Below, piece by piece: positions 49,970 through 59,896 of a DNA stretch of 59,896 bases. Both the position numbers and the translations under genes were made by a program. Origin of the DNA: Eubacteriales bacterium (GTDB taxonomy: Bacteria; Bacillota; Clostridia; Oscillospirales; QAMX01). The stretch is taken from positions 1 through 59,896 of the forward strand of contig JAZUCL010000018.1 of assembly GCA_045639125.1 (NCBI GenBank), in the 5' to 3' direction. Under the pieces are notes generated by a model. The model was not told where the DNA came from. It was given only the letters and a program-made list of their open reading frames with translations, and ran no database searches. Within the stretch, counting starts at the first letter, position 1. Every line of letters starts with the position of its first letter.

Positions 49970-50983
49970 ATGAAATGGTATGAGAAAAGCGGTACGGACT
50001 CTGATGTAGTTATCTCAACTCGTGTACGTCTTGCTCGAAATGTATTGGACCTACCCTTCCCTGACCGAATTAGCGAGAATGAGGCGAAAGAACTTATTGA
50101 ACGTGTCCAATCAGCACTCGACGCATCTGCACTGGGAGCAAACTTTACCCGATACGATTTTGACAAAATTAGTGAAATAACTCGTGGTATACTCGTTGAG
50201 CAATATGCCGCATCAAAGGAATTTGCATCAGGGTCTCTGCCTCGTTCACTCCACCTGTCAGACGATGCACATATTGCTATCATGGTAAATGAGGAAGACC
50301 ATCTAAGACTTCAGGTAATGGGTACAGGTCTTTGTATTGATGAGTGTATGGAGGACGGAAAAAAACTTGACTTACTCATGGACGAGCGACTTGGCTATGC
50401 ATTTGACGAAAGACTTGGTTATCTTACAGCCTGTCCGACCAATCTCGGCTGTGGACTTCGTCTGTCAGTTATGCTGCACTTGCCAGCATTGACAGAAAAT
50501 GGTGCAATAAACTCAATTATCACCCAAGCAAGCAAACTCGGATTTGCGGTACGTGGTATCTATGGTGAGGGAACTCGTGCAGAGGGTTCCATGTATCAGT
50601 TGTCAAACGCATTGAGTCTTGGCAGGACGGAAGAAGAAACGGCGGCTCGTCTTAAAGATATTACAATGCGTATAATTGAAACGGAGCGTTCATTACGCCG
50701 TCGTATTACAGACACAAACAGAGTGTATTTAGAGGACAGAATATATCGTGCTCTCGGCACGTTGCAAAATGCCCGTATTCTCTCCTCTGATGAGGCAATA
50801 CGTCTATTATCGGAAGTGAGAATGGGCGTTGGAATTTTGACAGATATAACGGCAGAATCTATTGACAGACTTATGTGTGAGATACGTCCGTATCACATAC
50901 TAAATCGTATCGGCACAGATACTGCCGAGCCGTCTAAACGAGATATAACTCGTGCCGACCTATGCCGTAATAGACTTAATTAA
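49970..50983 (+). CDS. mcsB: Protein-arginine kinase McsB
   Basis: Phosphagen-kinase-like domain (CPTNLGCGLR, RGIYGEG). Confidence 0.9.
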   Translation: MKWYEKSGTDSDVVISTRVRLARNVLDLPFPDRISENEAKELIERVQSALDASALGANFTRYDFDKISEITRGILVEQYAASKEFASGSLPRSLHLSDDAHIAIMVNEEDHLRLQVMGTGLCIDECMEDGKKLDLLMDERLGYAFDERLGYLTACPTNLGCGLRLSVMLHLPALTENGAINSIITQASKLGFAVRGIYGEGTRAEGSMYQLSNALSLGRTEEETAARLKDITMRIIETERSLRRRITDTNRVYLEDRIYRALGTLQNARILSSDEAIRLLSEVRMGVGILTDITAESIDRLMCEIRPYHILNRIGTDTAEPSKRDITRADLCRNRLN

Positions 50984-51015
50984 CACGTTTTTACATCAGC
51001 GAAAGGAGAAATAAA

Positions 51016-53469
51016 ATGTCTGAAAACAAATATACAGAGCGTGCGGAACGTGCATTTCGTCTTGCTCATGAAGCGGCTGCCGAACTTGGCCATAGCCATG
51101 TGGGTAGCGAGCATATTTTACTTGGACTTTTACGTGAGGGCAGCGGAGTTGCAGCAAAAGCACTCTCCTCTGCCTCTGTATCAGCCGAAAAAGTCAAAGA
51201 GATGATTGTGGAGTCAATTGGTGTCGGTACTCCGGGTAGCATCACACCGCAAGGATTGACACCACGTACAAAACGAATAATCGGTCTTGCAACAGATGAA
51301 GCAAATAGACTCGGTCACAACTACATCGGTACAGAACATCTGCTTATGGGCCTTTTAAGAGAAAGTGATTGTATCGCTTGCCGTATTCTAATCGCAAGCG
51401 GTATCGATTTGCAAAAACTGTACCAAATGACAGTTAGTATGTTATCACCTCAGCCAAACGCATCAGATACACCTTACGAACCAAATAAGAAGTCACAGCG
51501 TGGTGGCAGTGATACACGTACACTTAACCAATACGGCAAGGATTTAACGCAAGCGGCACGTGATGGAAAACTTGATCCCGTCATCGGAAGAGGGCAGGAA
51601 ATAGACAGAGTCATTCAAATTCTCTCTCGCCGTACAAAGAATAATCCTGTACTAATCGGCGAGCCCGGTGTAGGAAAGACTGCAATCGCTGAGGGGCTTG
51701 CACAGTTAATATCTTCCCAAAATGTTCCGGATACTCTTCGTTTGAAACGACTTGTAACCCTCGATTTGTCCGGTATGTTGGCTGGCACAAAGTATCGTGG
51801 TGATTTTGAGGAACGTATAAAAAATATTCTTGACGAGGTAAAGAAAGCAGGCAACGTAATCTTGTTCATTGACGAACTTCACACACTTGTAGGTGCAGGT
51901 GCGGCAGAGGGTGCTATTGATGCTGCGAACATCTTAAAACCAATGCTTTCTCGTGGTGAATTACAAGTTATCGGTGCTACTACTATTGACGAGTATAAGA
52001 AATATATTGAAAAAGATGCGGCGTTGGAACGAAGATTTCAGCCTGTAACAGTTGGTGAGCCAAGTGAAGAGGACGCAGAGGAAATACTAAAGGGATTACG
52101 TGACAAGTACGAGGCACACCACGGATTAAAAATCACAGACGAGGCAATTCATGCCGCAGTCACTCTGTCTTCACGATACATCTCCGACAGACGCCTTCCC
52201 GACAAGGCAATCGACCTGATAGATGAGGCAGCATCAAAACTCCGTATGAAGAAATTGACAGCACCGCCTGACCTTAAAGCCATAGAGGATTCTATTTCCA
52301 AGATAACAGCAGAACTTGAGGAGGCTGTTGCCGCACAAGATTTTGAAAAGGCTGTTACTCTCCGTGATAAGAAGAACGAGCAGACAAAAAAGCTTGAAAT
52401 ACAGCGTAAAGAGTGGCAGGAAAAGTCAGGCATGTCGGGAGATGAAGTTAATTCAAACGATGTGGCAGAGGTAGTTGCCGGCTGGACAGGAATCCCTGCT
52501 CAAAAGTTGACTCAATCAGAGGGAGAACGTCTATTACAGTTGGAGGAAACACTTCACAATAGAGTAATTGGGCAAGACAAGGCTGTAACGGCTATTGCAC
52601 GAGCAATTCGCCGTGGCAGAGTCGGACTAAAAGACCCAAAACGTCCTATCGGCTCATTTATCTTCCTTGGTCCTACAGGTGTCGGTAAAACGGAACTTTC
52701 CAAAGCATTGGCAGAAGTTATGTTTGGCGATGAAAATGCCATGATTCGTGTAGATATGTCAGAGTATATGGAAAAGCATGCCGTTTCACGTCTTGTAGGT
52801 TCACCTCCGGGATATGTGGGCTATGACGAGGGCGGTCAGTTGACGGAAAAGGTACGTAGAAAGCCCTACTGTGTCATACTGTTTGACGAAATTGAGAAGG
52901 CACACCCAGACGTATTTAACGTAATGCTCCAAATTCTTGAAGATGGTATGCTTACCGATTCACAAGGTAGACGTGTAGATTTTAAGAATACAGTTATTAT
53001 TATGACATCAAATATCGGAGCAAGACTCATTACGGAAACAGGCAGAAAAACTCTCGGTTTCCAGACTGGTGAAACATCGAATTCGTCATTTGAGGAGATT
53101 AGCGAAAACGTACTTGGTGAGTTGAAAAAGGCGTTTCGCCCTGAATTTCTTAACCGTGTCGATGAGATAATCGTATTCCACCGCCTTGACCGTGACAACA
53201 TTCGTCAAATTGCATCTCGTATGCTTTTAGACGTATCAAAGCGTATGAACGGAATGGAACTTAATCTGACATGGACAGACGAGGTTCTTGACAAGTTGAC
53301 GGATATAGGATTTGACCCTGTCTATGGTGCAAGACCGCTACGCCGTGCCATTCAATCAGTTGTTGAGGACAGTGTTGCAGAACTTATGTTGTCAGGTGTG
53401 CTCCTTTCAGGAGATACAGCCAAGTTATACGTTTCAGACGACAAAGTACAAGTCAAAAAGGCAGATTGA
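51016..53469 (+). CDS. clpC: ATP-dependent Clp protease ATP-binding subunit ClpC
   Basis: Clp N-domain repeats, two AAA+ modules ([16 protein letters not shown]) and a UVR linker. Confidence 0.95.
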   Translation: MSENKYTERAERAFRLAHEAAAELGHSHVGSEHILLGLLREGSGVAAKALSSASVSAEKVKEMIVESIGVGTPGSITPQGLTPRTKRIIGLATDEANRLGHNYIGTEHLLMGLLRESDCIACRILIASGIDLQKLYQMTVSMLSPQPNASDTPYEPNKKSQRGGSDTRTLNQYGKDLTQAARDGKLDPVIGRGQEIDRVIQILSRRTKNNPVLIGEPGVGKTAIAEGLAQLISSQNVPDTLRLKRLVTLDLSGMLAGTKYRGDFEERIKNILDEVKKAGNVILFIDELHTLVGAGAAEGAIDAANILKPMLSRGELQVIGATTIDEYKKYIEKDAALERRFQPVTVGEPSEEDAEEILKGLRDKYEAHHGLKITDEAIHAAVTLSSRYISDRRLPDKAIDLIDEAASKLRMKKLTAPPDLKAIEDSISKITAELEEAVAAQDFEKAVTLRDKKNEQTKKLEIQRKEWQEKSGMSGDEVNSNDVAEVVAGWTGIPAQKLTQSEGERLLQLEETLHNRVIGQDKAVTAIARAIRRGRVGLKDPKRPIGSFIFLGPTGVGKTELSKALAEVMFGDENAMIRVDMSEYMEKHAVSRLVGSPPGYVGYDEGGQLTEKVRRKPYCVILFDEIEKAHPDVFNVMLQILEDGMLTDSQGRRVDFKNTVIIMTSNIGARLITETGRKTLGFQTGETSNSSFEEISENVLGELKKAFRPEFLNRVDEIIVFHRLDRDNIRQIASRMLLDVSKRMNGMELNLTWTDEVLDKLTDIGFDPVYGARPLRRAIQSVVEDSVAELMLSGVLLSGDTAKLYVSDDKVQVKKAD

Positions 53470-53472
53470 CAC

Positions 53473-53506
53473 AAAAAACAGACTGAATATTCAGTCTGTT
53501 TTTTTG
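53473..53506. terminator. Bidirectional terminator between clpC and rarA
   Basis: aaaaaacagactgaat-attcagtctgttttttt. Confidence 0.75.
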
Positions 53507-54778
53507 TCAATTATCGTCTATCTGTCCTTTTACACTGTCCCAATACTGCTTTGCAAGTTGTTCCGTCTTATTTACGCCAAAGTTATAGTACCTCTTATTT
53601 TTGATTGCATCAGGTAAATACTGCTGTGGCACATAACTTGACGGGTAGTCGTGCGGGTACTTATATGTAAGACCTCTGCCGAGTTTCGATGCACCTGAAT
53701 AATGGGCATCTTTCAGATGTACCGGCGGTTCTCCGCCTACACCATTTTTAACGTCTGACATTGCCGCCCATATTGCCATAGCGGAAGTATTTGACTTTGG
53801 TGCAGTTGCCAAAAGTATAGCCGCTTCACCGAGTGGCAGTTGTGCCTCAGGAAGTCCCAACTGTAATGCACTGTCAACGCATGACTTTACTATTGTGGTT
53901 GCTTGAGGGTACGCAAGTCCAACATCCTCGGCGGCTATAACTAAAAGTCGGCGGCATGCACTTTGTAAGTCACCGCCGGTTAGAATACGAGCAAGGTAAT
54001 ACACCGCTGCATCTGGGTCTGAACCTCGTATGGACTTTTGAAAAGCAGATAAAAGGTCGTAGTGAGCATCACCATCTCGGTCATACCTCATAGCACTCTT
54101 TTGTGCCACTTCTAATGCATCTTCCAGTGTAACAGTACCGCCATTTTGTGGTAAGGTGGCACAGAGAAGTTCTACTGCATTTATCGCCTTACGCACGTCA
54201 CCTCCACAAGCCGTTGCTATATGAGTAACAACTGCGTCGTCAGCAAAAATAGGTGCTTTAATTTTCTTCTCCATACACAAAAAAGCACGTTCAACGGCAG
54301 GTTTCATCTCCTGGGGTGTAATCTGCTTGAATTCAAAAACGGTACTTCGAGATAAAATCGCATTGAATATGTAAAAGTACGGATTTTCAGTTGTCGATGC
54401 GATTAAGGTAATACGTCCGTCCTCGATAAATTCCAACAAAGACTGCTGTTGCCTTTTGTTGAAGTACTGAATTTCGTCAAGGTATAAAAGTATGCCATTC
54501 ATACCGCTAAAGCCGTCTAACTCACTCACAACTGCACGGATATCCGATGTAGATGCAGTAGTAGCGTTCAGTCTACACAGTTTACGTTTCGTCTTAGCGG
54601 CAATTATATTTGCCACCGTCGTCTTGCCTGTGCCGGACGGACCGTAAAAAATCATATTTGGAATATGTTCTCCCTCAATAATCCGACGTAGGAGTTTATC
54701 TTTACCGAGAATATGGGTTTGTCCCACTACCTCGTCAAGATTTGTCGGACGTATCTCGTCTGCAAGGGGCTGATACAT
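53507..54778 (-). CDS. rarA: Replication-associated recombination protein A (AAA+ ATPase RarA/MgsA)
   Basis: Walker A GPSGTGKTT, RarA-specific helical lid and C-terminal region. Confidence 0.9.
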   Translation of the reverse strand: MYQPLADEIRPTNLDEVVGQTHILGKDKLLRRIIEGEHIPNMIFYGPSGTGKTTVANIIAAKTKRKLCRLNATTASTSDIRAVVSELDGFSGMNGILLYLDEIQYFNKRQQQSLLEFIEDGRITLIASTTENPYFYIFNAILSRSTVFEFKQITPQEMKPAVERAFLCMEKKIKAPIFADDAVVTHIATACGGDVRKAINAVELLCATLPQNGGTVTLEDALEVAQKSAMRYDRDGDAHYDLLSAFQKSIRGSDPDAAVYYLARILTGGDLQSACRRLLVIAAEDVGLAYPQATTIVKSCVDSALQLGLPEAQLPLGEAAILLATAPKSNTSAMAIWAAMSDVKNGVGGEPPVHLKDAHYSGASKLGRGLTYKYPHDYPSSYVPQQYLPDAIKNKRYYNFGVNKTEQLAKQYWDSVKGQIDDN

Positions 54779-54892
54779 AAAATACCTCCCGATTAAAATT
54801 CCGATACCATTTTATCATATTTATATTCAAATTGGAACATAAAACACAAAAAAAGTCGGAGAAATTACTTCTCCGACTTTCTGTTGCTATTA

Positions 54893-55837
54893 TTAGTCCT
54901 CGTACTCGTCCATGAACTTCAAAATATCAGCCATGGGCTTTATGCCTGATGATGCTCCTGCCATCATAACACAGTGAGTACCAACAGCATTTGCAAACTT
55001 AGCACACTTTACAATGTCCCAGCCTTGACTAAGACCAGCCAAGAATCCTGAACAGAATGAGTCACCTGCACCGGTTGCATCAACTGCTTTTATCTTCATG
55101 TATGTAGGCACTTCATATCTCTCGCCACTCTTTGTCTTAATAAGGCAACCTTTCTTGCCCAATTTAAGAACGACAGTGTGTGGGCCCATTGTTAAGAACT
55201 TATCAGCAATTTCGTCCGGGTCAGTCAAACCGCCTGACAACTCAATCGCCTCGTCAATAGATGGCATAAAGTAGTCAATATACGGCATAGACGGCCCAAC
55301 AAGATCCATCCAACGTCCTTTATCGTCCCAACATACGTCATAGGCGGTAGTCTTGCCCATTTCCTTACACTTTCTAAGGAATGTTGCACACTCGTCACCG
55401 TCAAATTCAGGCATTAAAAGACCGCCTGTTACGAATACGATATTCGTGTCAGCAATTACGCCATAGTCAATGTCACACTCTTTGAAGTGTCCATTTGCAC
55501 CTGTGCAATGAATAAAACTACGTTCACCATCGGGAGATACAAGTACAAGAGATGCTGAGGTGCCATACTCCTTGTCAATAGAAACGCCCTTAGTTTCAAC
55601 ACCTTTTGCCTGCAACTCAGATGCCATGAAACGACCAAAGCCGTCATCACCCAACTTGCCGAGAACTGCTGATTTAAGGCCAAGTTTTGATACGTTAATA
55701 GCACAAGTAGCGGCATTACCGCCTGTGTAAAGATTGATAGACTCTACAAGGCCGAGTTTGCCCTTTTCAGGAATAGACGCAACAGGCTTTGCCATTGCAT
55801 CTGCAACTAAAATACCTACGCTGACAACATCATACAT
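54893..55837 (-). CDS. PfkB-family carbohydrate kinase (2-dehydro-3-deoxygluconokinase-like)
   Basis: Ribokinase-fold signatures (GGNAATCA, DATGAGDSF). Confidence 0.75.
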   Translation of the reverse strand: MYDVVSVGILVADAMAKPVASIPEKGKLGLVESINLYTGGNAATCAINVSKLGLKSAVLGKLGDDGFGRFMASELQAKGVETKGVSIDKEYGTSASLVLVSPDGERSFIHCTGANGHFKECDIDYGVIADTNIVFVTGGLLMPEFDGDECATFLRKCKEMGKTTAYDVCWDDKGRWMDLVGPSMPYIDYFMPSIDEAIELSGGLTDPDEIADKFLTMGPHTVVLKLGKKGCLIKTKSGERYEVPTYMKIKAVDATGAGDSFCSGFLAGLSQGWDIVKCAKFANAVGTHCVMMAGASSGIKPMADILKFMDEYED

Positions 55838-55849
55838 GATTTTATCCTC

Positions 55850-57091
55850 CTAAACTATCTTTTTCGGTGCAAGAAGTGCTTTTTTATTTGCCTCTGCTGC
55901 TGCAAGTAAAGCGTTCATATCTGCACCATTTTTAAGAAGGTCATAATACTGCTTGATATATCCAAAACTCTTTGAGTTAACATCAAGTTCCATGTGCTTT
56001 GTAAGTACTGCATCAACACCCTCGCTGTCGAGAATGCCTTTAACATAGGCGGTACCCTCGTCATTTTCGCACTCAAAGTAAAGAGCCGCTGCTGCACCAA
56101 TTGCGATATATGCACAGCCGTAACCCTCTGCCTCGCACATTTTAAGTGCTCCTGCAAAGCGGTCAGATGCACTAAGTTTACGCTTTGTGTCCTTACCAAC
56201 ACGTGCAACAGTATCGCCAAGAGCAACATTTGTAAAGCGGATAAGCAAATCCTCAATATGCTCCAAAAGTTTCATTGTATCAAAATTAAAGTGTGATGAC
56301 AGAGCCATTGCACTTTCAAGCATTGCACGTTGTGCAATAAGTTTAACGCTCGGGTTTGCAACTGCCTGCCAAATATACTCTACGTTATTTAAGTTACCTA
56401 AATATGCACAAAGAGCGTGACCCATATTATGTAAGTATAACTTTCTTTTGATATACATTTCAAACGGCTTGAATGGGTGAAGTCCCTCAATATTTGCAAG
56501 TTCACCTTTCCATGCTCCACCATCAACCGGCAACTGGCAATATTCCTCTACACATACACGGAGATTGTCGCCTTTTCGCATAGCATCTGTCATAACAGGT
56601 ACCATACGTCCGATACTTGCCTCAACAAGACCTACTGTCTTATCAAACTTCTCTTTCTGTGCATCGTCAAGTTCATCGAAGATCAACTTGTGCATAAGTT
56701 TATCAGCATCAATTAAGTTCTCACAGATGATAATATTAAATGGTGTAAAGTTACCCTGTTCCCAGCGGCGTTTGATACCTGCTGTAATAAGAGGTACAAT
56801 TCTTGGCATGATATTTACACCCACTGCAGTTGCCATTGCGTCTGCACTTGCAATCGCAGAAATTACAGCCTCTTTATCCATACCATTGATACCGCCGACA
56901 TTTTCAATTACAACGTCACGGCTACCCTCGCTTGATACAATCTCAACAGGGTAAGACCCACGATCATTAAGTGCATTTATAAGTTCCATGTTTACATCTA
57001 CAAAGTCAACTTTGTAACCTGCCTGAGAGAACAATGCACCAATAAAGCCTCTGCCGATATTACCAGCACCATACTGAACAAAATACTTCAT
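55850..57091 (-). CDS. Mannitol dehydrogenase family oxidoreductase (MtlD/UxuB/UxaB-like)
   Basis: N-terminal Rossmann motif YGAGNIGRGF and long-chain mannitol-DH family architecture. Adjacent to a KdgK-like kinase, which suggests hexuronate metabolism. Confidence 0.7.
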   Translation of the reverse strand: MKYFVQYGAGNIGRGFIGALFSQAGYKVDFVDVNMELINALNDRGSYPVEIVSSEGSRDVVIENVGGINGMDKEAVISAIASADAMATAVGVNIMPRIVPLITAGIKRRWEQGNFTPFNIIICENLIDADKLMHKLIFDELDDAQKEKFDKTVGLVEASIGRMVPVMTDAMRKGDNLRVCVEEYCQLPVDGGAWKGELANIEGLHPFKPFEMYIKRKLYLHNMGHALCAYLGNLNNVEYIWQAVANPSVKLIAQRAMLESAMALSSHFNFDTMKLLEHIEDLLIRFTNVALGDTVARVGKDTKRKLSASDRFAGALKMCEAEGYGCAYIAIGAAAALYFECENDEGTAYVKGILDSEGVDAVLTKHMELDVNSKSFGYIKQYYDLLKNGADMNALLAAAEANKKALLAPKKIV

Positions 57092-57193
57092 TAAAAAATC
57101 TCCTTTGTGTCTTCCTTAGAAATATCTTCCTCTATTATACGCTTTTATTTGCAAATATGCAAGTAAATAAATCAATATAATTTAATAATATTA

Positions 57194-57910
57194 CTATTTA
57201 AGAAGTAATATCGGTATATCGTCACCCATAGCCTCAATATCTTTTTGGGATTTTGCTTTTAAGCGAACGTATGCACCGCAATCACCGCATTTTACTTGTA
57301 AATAACCGTTCAAAAATGCAAGTTCAAACCGTTTTGATCCGCACGGACAAGCGATTTTTTCCGCATGGAGTAAGTCCTCTGCTGTGCAAAGTGCTGACAA
57401 TATGAGATTTGCCTCGTCAAGCATTCCGTCACCTGTTTTTACAAGAACGCCCTCATCTTCTCTACCACAATGGTGGTCGTTTTTACTAAGTTTTCGTGCC
57501 ATCGTGTCAAGTGCCTCGTGGTAACCTTGTACTGCACGTTCCACTCTACGTCTATCCCCTGCGTATGCACAAACAAGTTTTGTTTTTCCGCAAACAAGTT
57601 CACTTAAACTATCATGAAGTAAATCGCATAACGGCATACAGTACACGTGAGTTAAACTGCAATATGGACAGTGTAGTTCTACTGTGGCTACTCCGCCGTC
57701 AACACTTAGGTACATTGTTGAACGATTACACGAGCAAGTACACTTCCTACTTTCCGCCGACAAACTAAATGCGTCAAATGTGTGGACTCTCGCTTCTGCA
57801 CAGGCACTACACTTAAATGCAAAACTAATCTCAGGTTTTATGAGCAAATCAAATCCCTCCGCAAACCATAAATACGCTTTAGTATATGCCACACGGCTTG
57901 TTTTAATCAA
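57194..57910 (-). CDS. Hypothetical Cys-rich protein with two zinc-ribbon-like modules
   Basis: CSAC...CTCSC, CPYC...CMPLC and CPCG...CGDCG clusters. No recognised family. Confidence 0.45.
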   Translation of the reverse strand: MIKTSRVAYTKAYLWFAEGFDLLIKPEISFAFKCSACAEARVHTFDAFSLSAESRKCTCSCNRSTMYLSVDGGVATVELHCPYCSLTHVYCMPLCDLLHDSLSELVCGKTKLVCAYAGDRRRVERAVQGYHEALDTMARKLSKNDHHCGREDEGVLVKTGDGMLDEANLILSALCTAEDLLHAEKIACPCGSKRFELAFLNGYLQVKCGDCGAYVRLKAKSQKDIEAMGDDIPILLLK

Positions 57911-58038
57911 AGAGGGACAAATTGAAATTTTTTTGGTGTGAAAAGTAGTGAGTATATTATAAACAATTTGGACTTGTATGCCATTTATAGAATAAAATCT
58001 GCCAAATCGTTCAAAATACTCAAAAGAGGTGTTTTGAT

Positions 58039-58194
58039 TTGGAAGAAAAGATACGTACGATTAAGGTTGGAAATGTATATGCACAACTTGTCTATTCACA
58101 GGAAAGTGACACTCTCAAAGAAGTTATAGAAAAGTATATTGGTAACATTTTGCCATTGCCCTCATCGTTACAAGACGATAAAATAAGGTTATGA
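58039..58194 (+). CDS. Small ORF (51 aa, TTG start) translationally coupled (ATGA) to the serine recombinase; possible accessory or directionality factor
   Basis: AAGAGG RBS 6 nt upstream of the TTG. The stop TGA overlaps the recombinase ATG. Translation: MEEKIRTIKVGNVYAQLVYSQESDTLKEVIEKYIGNILPLPSSLQDDKIRL. Confidence 0.35.
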   Translation: MEEKIRTIKVGNVYAQLVYSQESDTLKEVIEKYIGNILPLPSSLQDDKIRL

Positions 58195-59759
58195 AACAGT
58201 TATATAACGCAGCACTGTATATCCGTCTTAGTCGTGAGGACGGCGATGGTATAGAGTCAAACTCCGTTGCAAATCAGCGACAACTTTTAAGAGAGTTTGC
58301 CGACAATGATATAAATATCGTATCAGTGCATGAATTTGTTGATGACGGATACACAGGTACAGATCTCAACAGACCCTCTTTTCAGAAAATGATGGAGAAA
58401 GTAAATGACGGTACAATCAACTGTGTAGTGGTCAAAGACTTATCACGACTTGGCAGAAACTATATTGAACTTGGTCGTCTGACGGAGATTGTGTTCCCTC
58501 AAAAGCGTGTACGATTTGTTGCATTAAGTGACGGTATTGACACCCTCCGACCACAGTCAGCATCTACGTCTATTATTGTACCATTCAAAAATCTTCTAAA
58601 TGATGAATACAGCCGTGACATATCCTCTAAAATCCGCACGGCACTTGACACACGGCGAAAAAACGGTGCGTTTATCGGCTCATTTCCATCGTATGGATAT
58701 AAAAAAGATGAAAAAGATACGACACGGCTCATTATAGATGAGCAAACAGCACCTATTGTTCGCAGAATTTTTGATATGTATATTGACGGTATGGGTAAAC
58801 ACACTATTGCTCGCACACTAAACGCAGAGGGGATTTTATCACCATCTGCATATAAAAAGAAGGCATATCCGTCATATCGTTGTCCAAACCAAAATGCATC
58901 TTCCCTTTGGAGTTTTTCCTCAGTAGATAGAATTTTGAAAAATGAGATATATGTAGGCGACATGGTTCAAGGCAAGACGCAAATGATGTCCCATCGTATC
59001 CATACTCCAATTAAAAAGGATAGAGACGATTGGATAGTAGTTAAAAATACCCATGATCCGATAATTACAAGAGAGCGTTTTATTGCCGCAGCAAACATTG
59101 ATAAGGCAACATCACGAACCGATACTTGTGGTAATACTCATGTACTTTCAGGATTGGTGCGATGTGGAAGTTGCGGAAAAAGTCTTAACCGCCGCAGTAT
59201 AAAGCAAAGTTACGGCACGTATAACTACTACTTTTGCCCAACGTATCGTCAATCAAAAACAGCCTGCACAAAGCACTCTATAAGAGTAGAGGCTGTGGAG
59301 CAGGCAGTGCTTGGCAGTATATGTGATGAACTTCGCCGTGCCGCAGATTTTACTGCCCTGTACGAAAAATACAAGGATAAAAAAGTATCGTTTGACGGTG
59401 AGCGTACATCTCTTTTGCGTGAAATAGACAGTTGTAAAAACCTAAAACGCTCAGTATATGAGGATTGGAAAAATGACATACTGACGAAAGAGGAATATTT
59501 AGAGTACAACCAAATCTACGCAGATAGATTAACTGCTCTAAATAATCGGTTAAATTCTCTATCAGAGAAATCCACAAGTATAAATCCATGGCTTGTACGC
59601 CTTAGTGCATTGGAGCATCCAAGCAAATTAAGCCGTGAACTTGTAACTACATTGATTGACCGTGTGGAAGTCTTTTCAGAAACGCAAATACGTATACATT
59701 TCACATTTGCAGACGCTTTACAAAAAGCAGAAACCGAGTTAAAACAGTACGGAACATAA
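58191..59759 (+). CDS. Large serine recombinase (resolvase/invertase N-domain, recombinase domain and zinc ribbon)
   Basis: Catalytic-Ser N-domain (ALYIRLSREDGDG...VVKDLSRLGRN), recombinase domain, and a CGSCG...C zinc-ribbon with a coiled-coil tail. Confidence 0.9.
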   Translation: MKQLYNAALYIRLSREDGDGIESNSVANQRQLLREFADNDINIVSVHEFVDDGYTGTDLNRPSFQKMMEKVNDGTINCVVVKDLSRLGRNYIELGRLTEIVFPQKRVRFVALSDGIDTLRPQSASTSIIVPFKNLLNDEYSRDISSKIRTALDTRRKNGAFIGSFPSYGYKKDEKDTTRLIIDEQTAPIVRRIFDMYIDGMGKHTIARTLNAEGILSPSAYKKKAYPSYRCPNQNASSLWSFSSVDRILKNEIYVGDMVQGKTQMMSHRIHTPIKKDRDDWIVVKNTHDPIITRERFIAAANIDKATSRTDTCGNTHVLSGLVRCGSCGKSLNRRSIKQSYGTYNYYFCPTYRQSKTACTKHSIRVEAVEQAVLGSICDELRRAADFTALYEKYKDKKVSFDGERTSLLREIDSCKNLKRSVYEDWKNDILTKEEYLEYNQIYADRLTALNNRLNSLSEKSTSINPWLVRLSALEHPSKLSRELVTTLIDRVEVFSETQIRIHFTFADALQKAETELKQYGT

Positions 59760-59762
59760 ATC

Positions 59763-59896
59763 AAAACCACCAGTGAAACTGGTGGTTTGCACAGCCCCTA
59801 TAAGGGGCAAATACAGGCTTCATCCCTAAAAGGGACCACTGAAGTTTGACACCGCATTACACTCACAGGCAGCCGCTCACGTGCGGCTGTCTTTTT
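59763..59896 (+). terminator. Two hairpin terminators downstream of the recombinase (aaaccaccagtgaaactggtggttt and cagccgctcacgtgcggctgtcttttt)
   Basis: Inverted repeats. The second is followed by a T-run at the window edge. Confidence 0.55.

Noticed and set aside
1-59896. CRISPR arrays, rRNA or tRNA genes
   Set aside because: No regularly spaced short direct repeats. No tRNA-like cloverleaf or rRNA-like segments were noticed.

Overview
This 59.9-kb window looks like a chromosomal segment from a low-GC Gram-positive anaerobe, most likely a Clostridia-type Firmicute. The evidence is the ctsR-mcsA-mcsB-clpC operon with canonical CtsR boxes, a T-box leader on thrS, a DnaD-like/DnaI helicase-loader pair, an SLH-domain surface protein with a csaA/csaB-type pyruvylation module, a reverse rubrerythrin and a rubredoxin. 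Most of the window is housekeeping. It contains an orphan Na+-decarboxylase beta subunit, a Na/Pi cotransporter, putP, three tandem M42 peptidases, murD, corA, a DEVH helicase, lgt-folD, an Fe-ADH, a YmdB-like phosphoesterase, thrS, rimM-trmD, NfeD-flotillin, rarA, and a sugar-acid kinase/dehydrogenase pair. Three places look accessory. (1) A translationally coupled two-gene module sits between thrS and the DnaD-like/dnaI pair: a 701-aa protein plus a 444-aa P-loop ATPase that looks DUF2791/BrxD-like. It resembles the TerB-domain plus ATPase core of Shango-type antiphage systems but has no adjacent helicase. This is the best candidate for an undescribed or variant defence system. (2) A 1.2-kb AT-rich cassette is bracketed by roughly 116-bp direct repeats that duplicate the 3' end of a BFD-like [2Fe-2S] gene. 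It carries an XRE regulator and a YpsA/SLOG-like protein. (3) A large serine recombinase lies at the right edge with a small ATGA-coupled upstream ORF, which probably marks the start of a mobile element that runs past the window. I also call several unannotated small genes and sites: a rubredoxin, an OadG-like peptide, a near-perfect 39-bp palindrome, the CtsR operators, the T-box and intrinsic terminators. No CRISPR array, rRNA or tRNA genes were seen.
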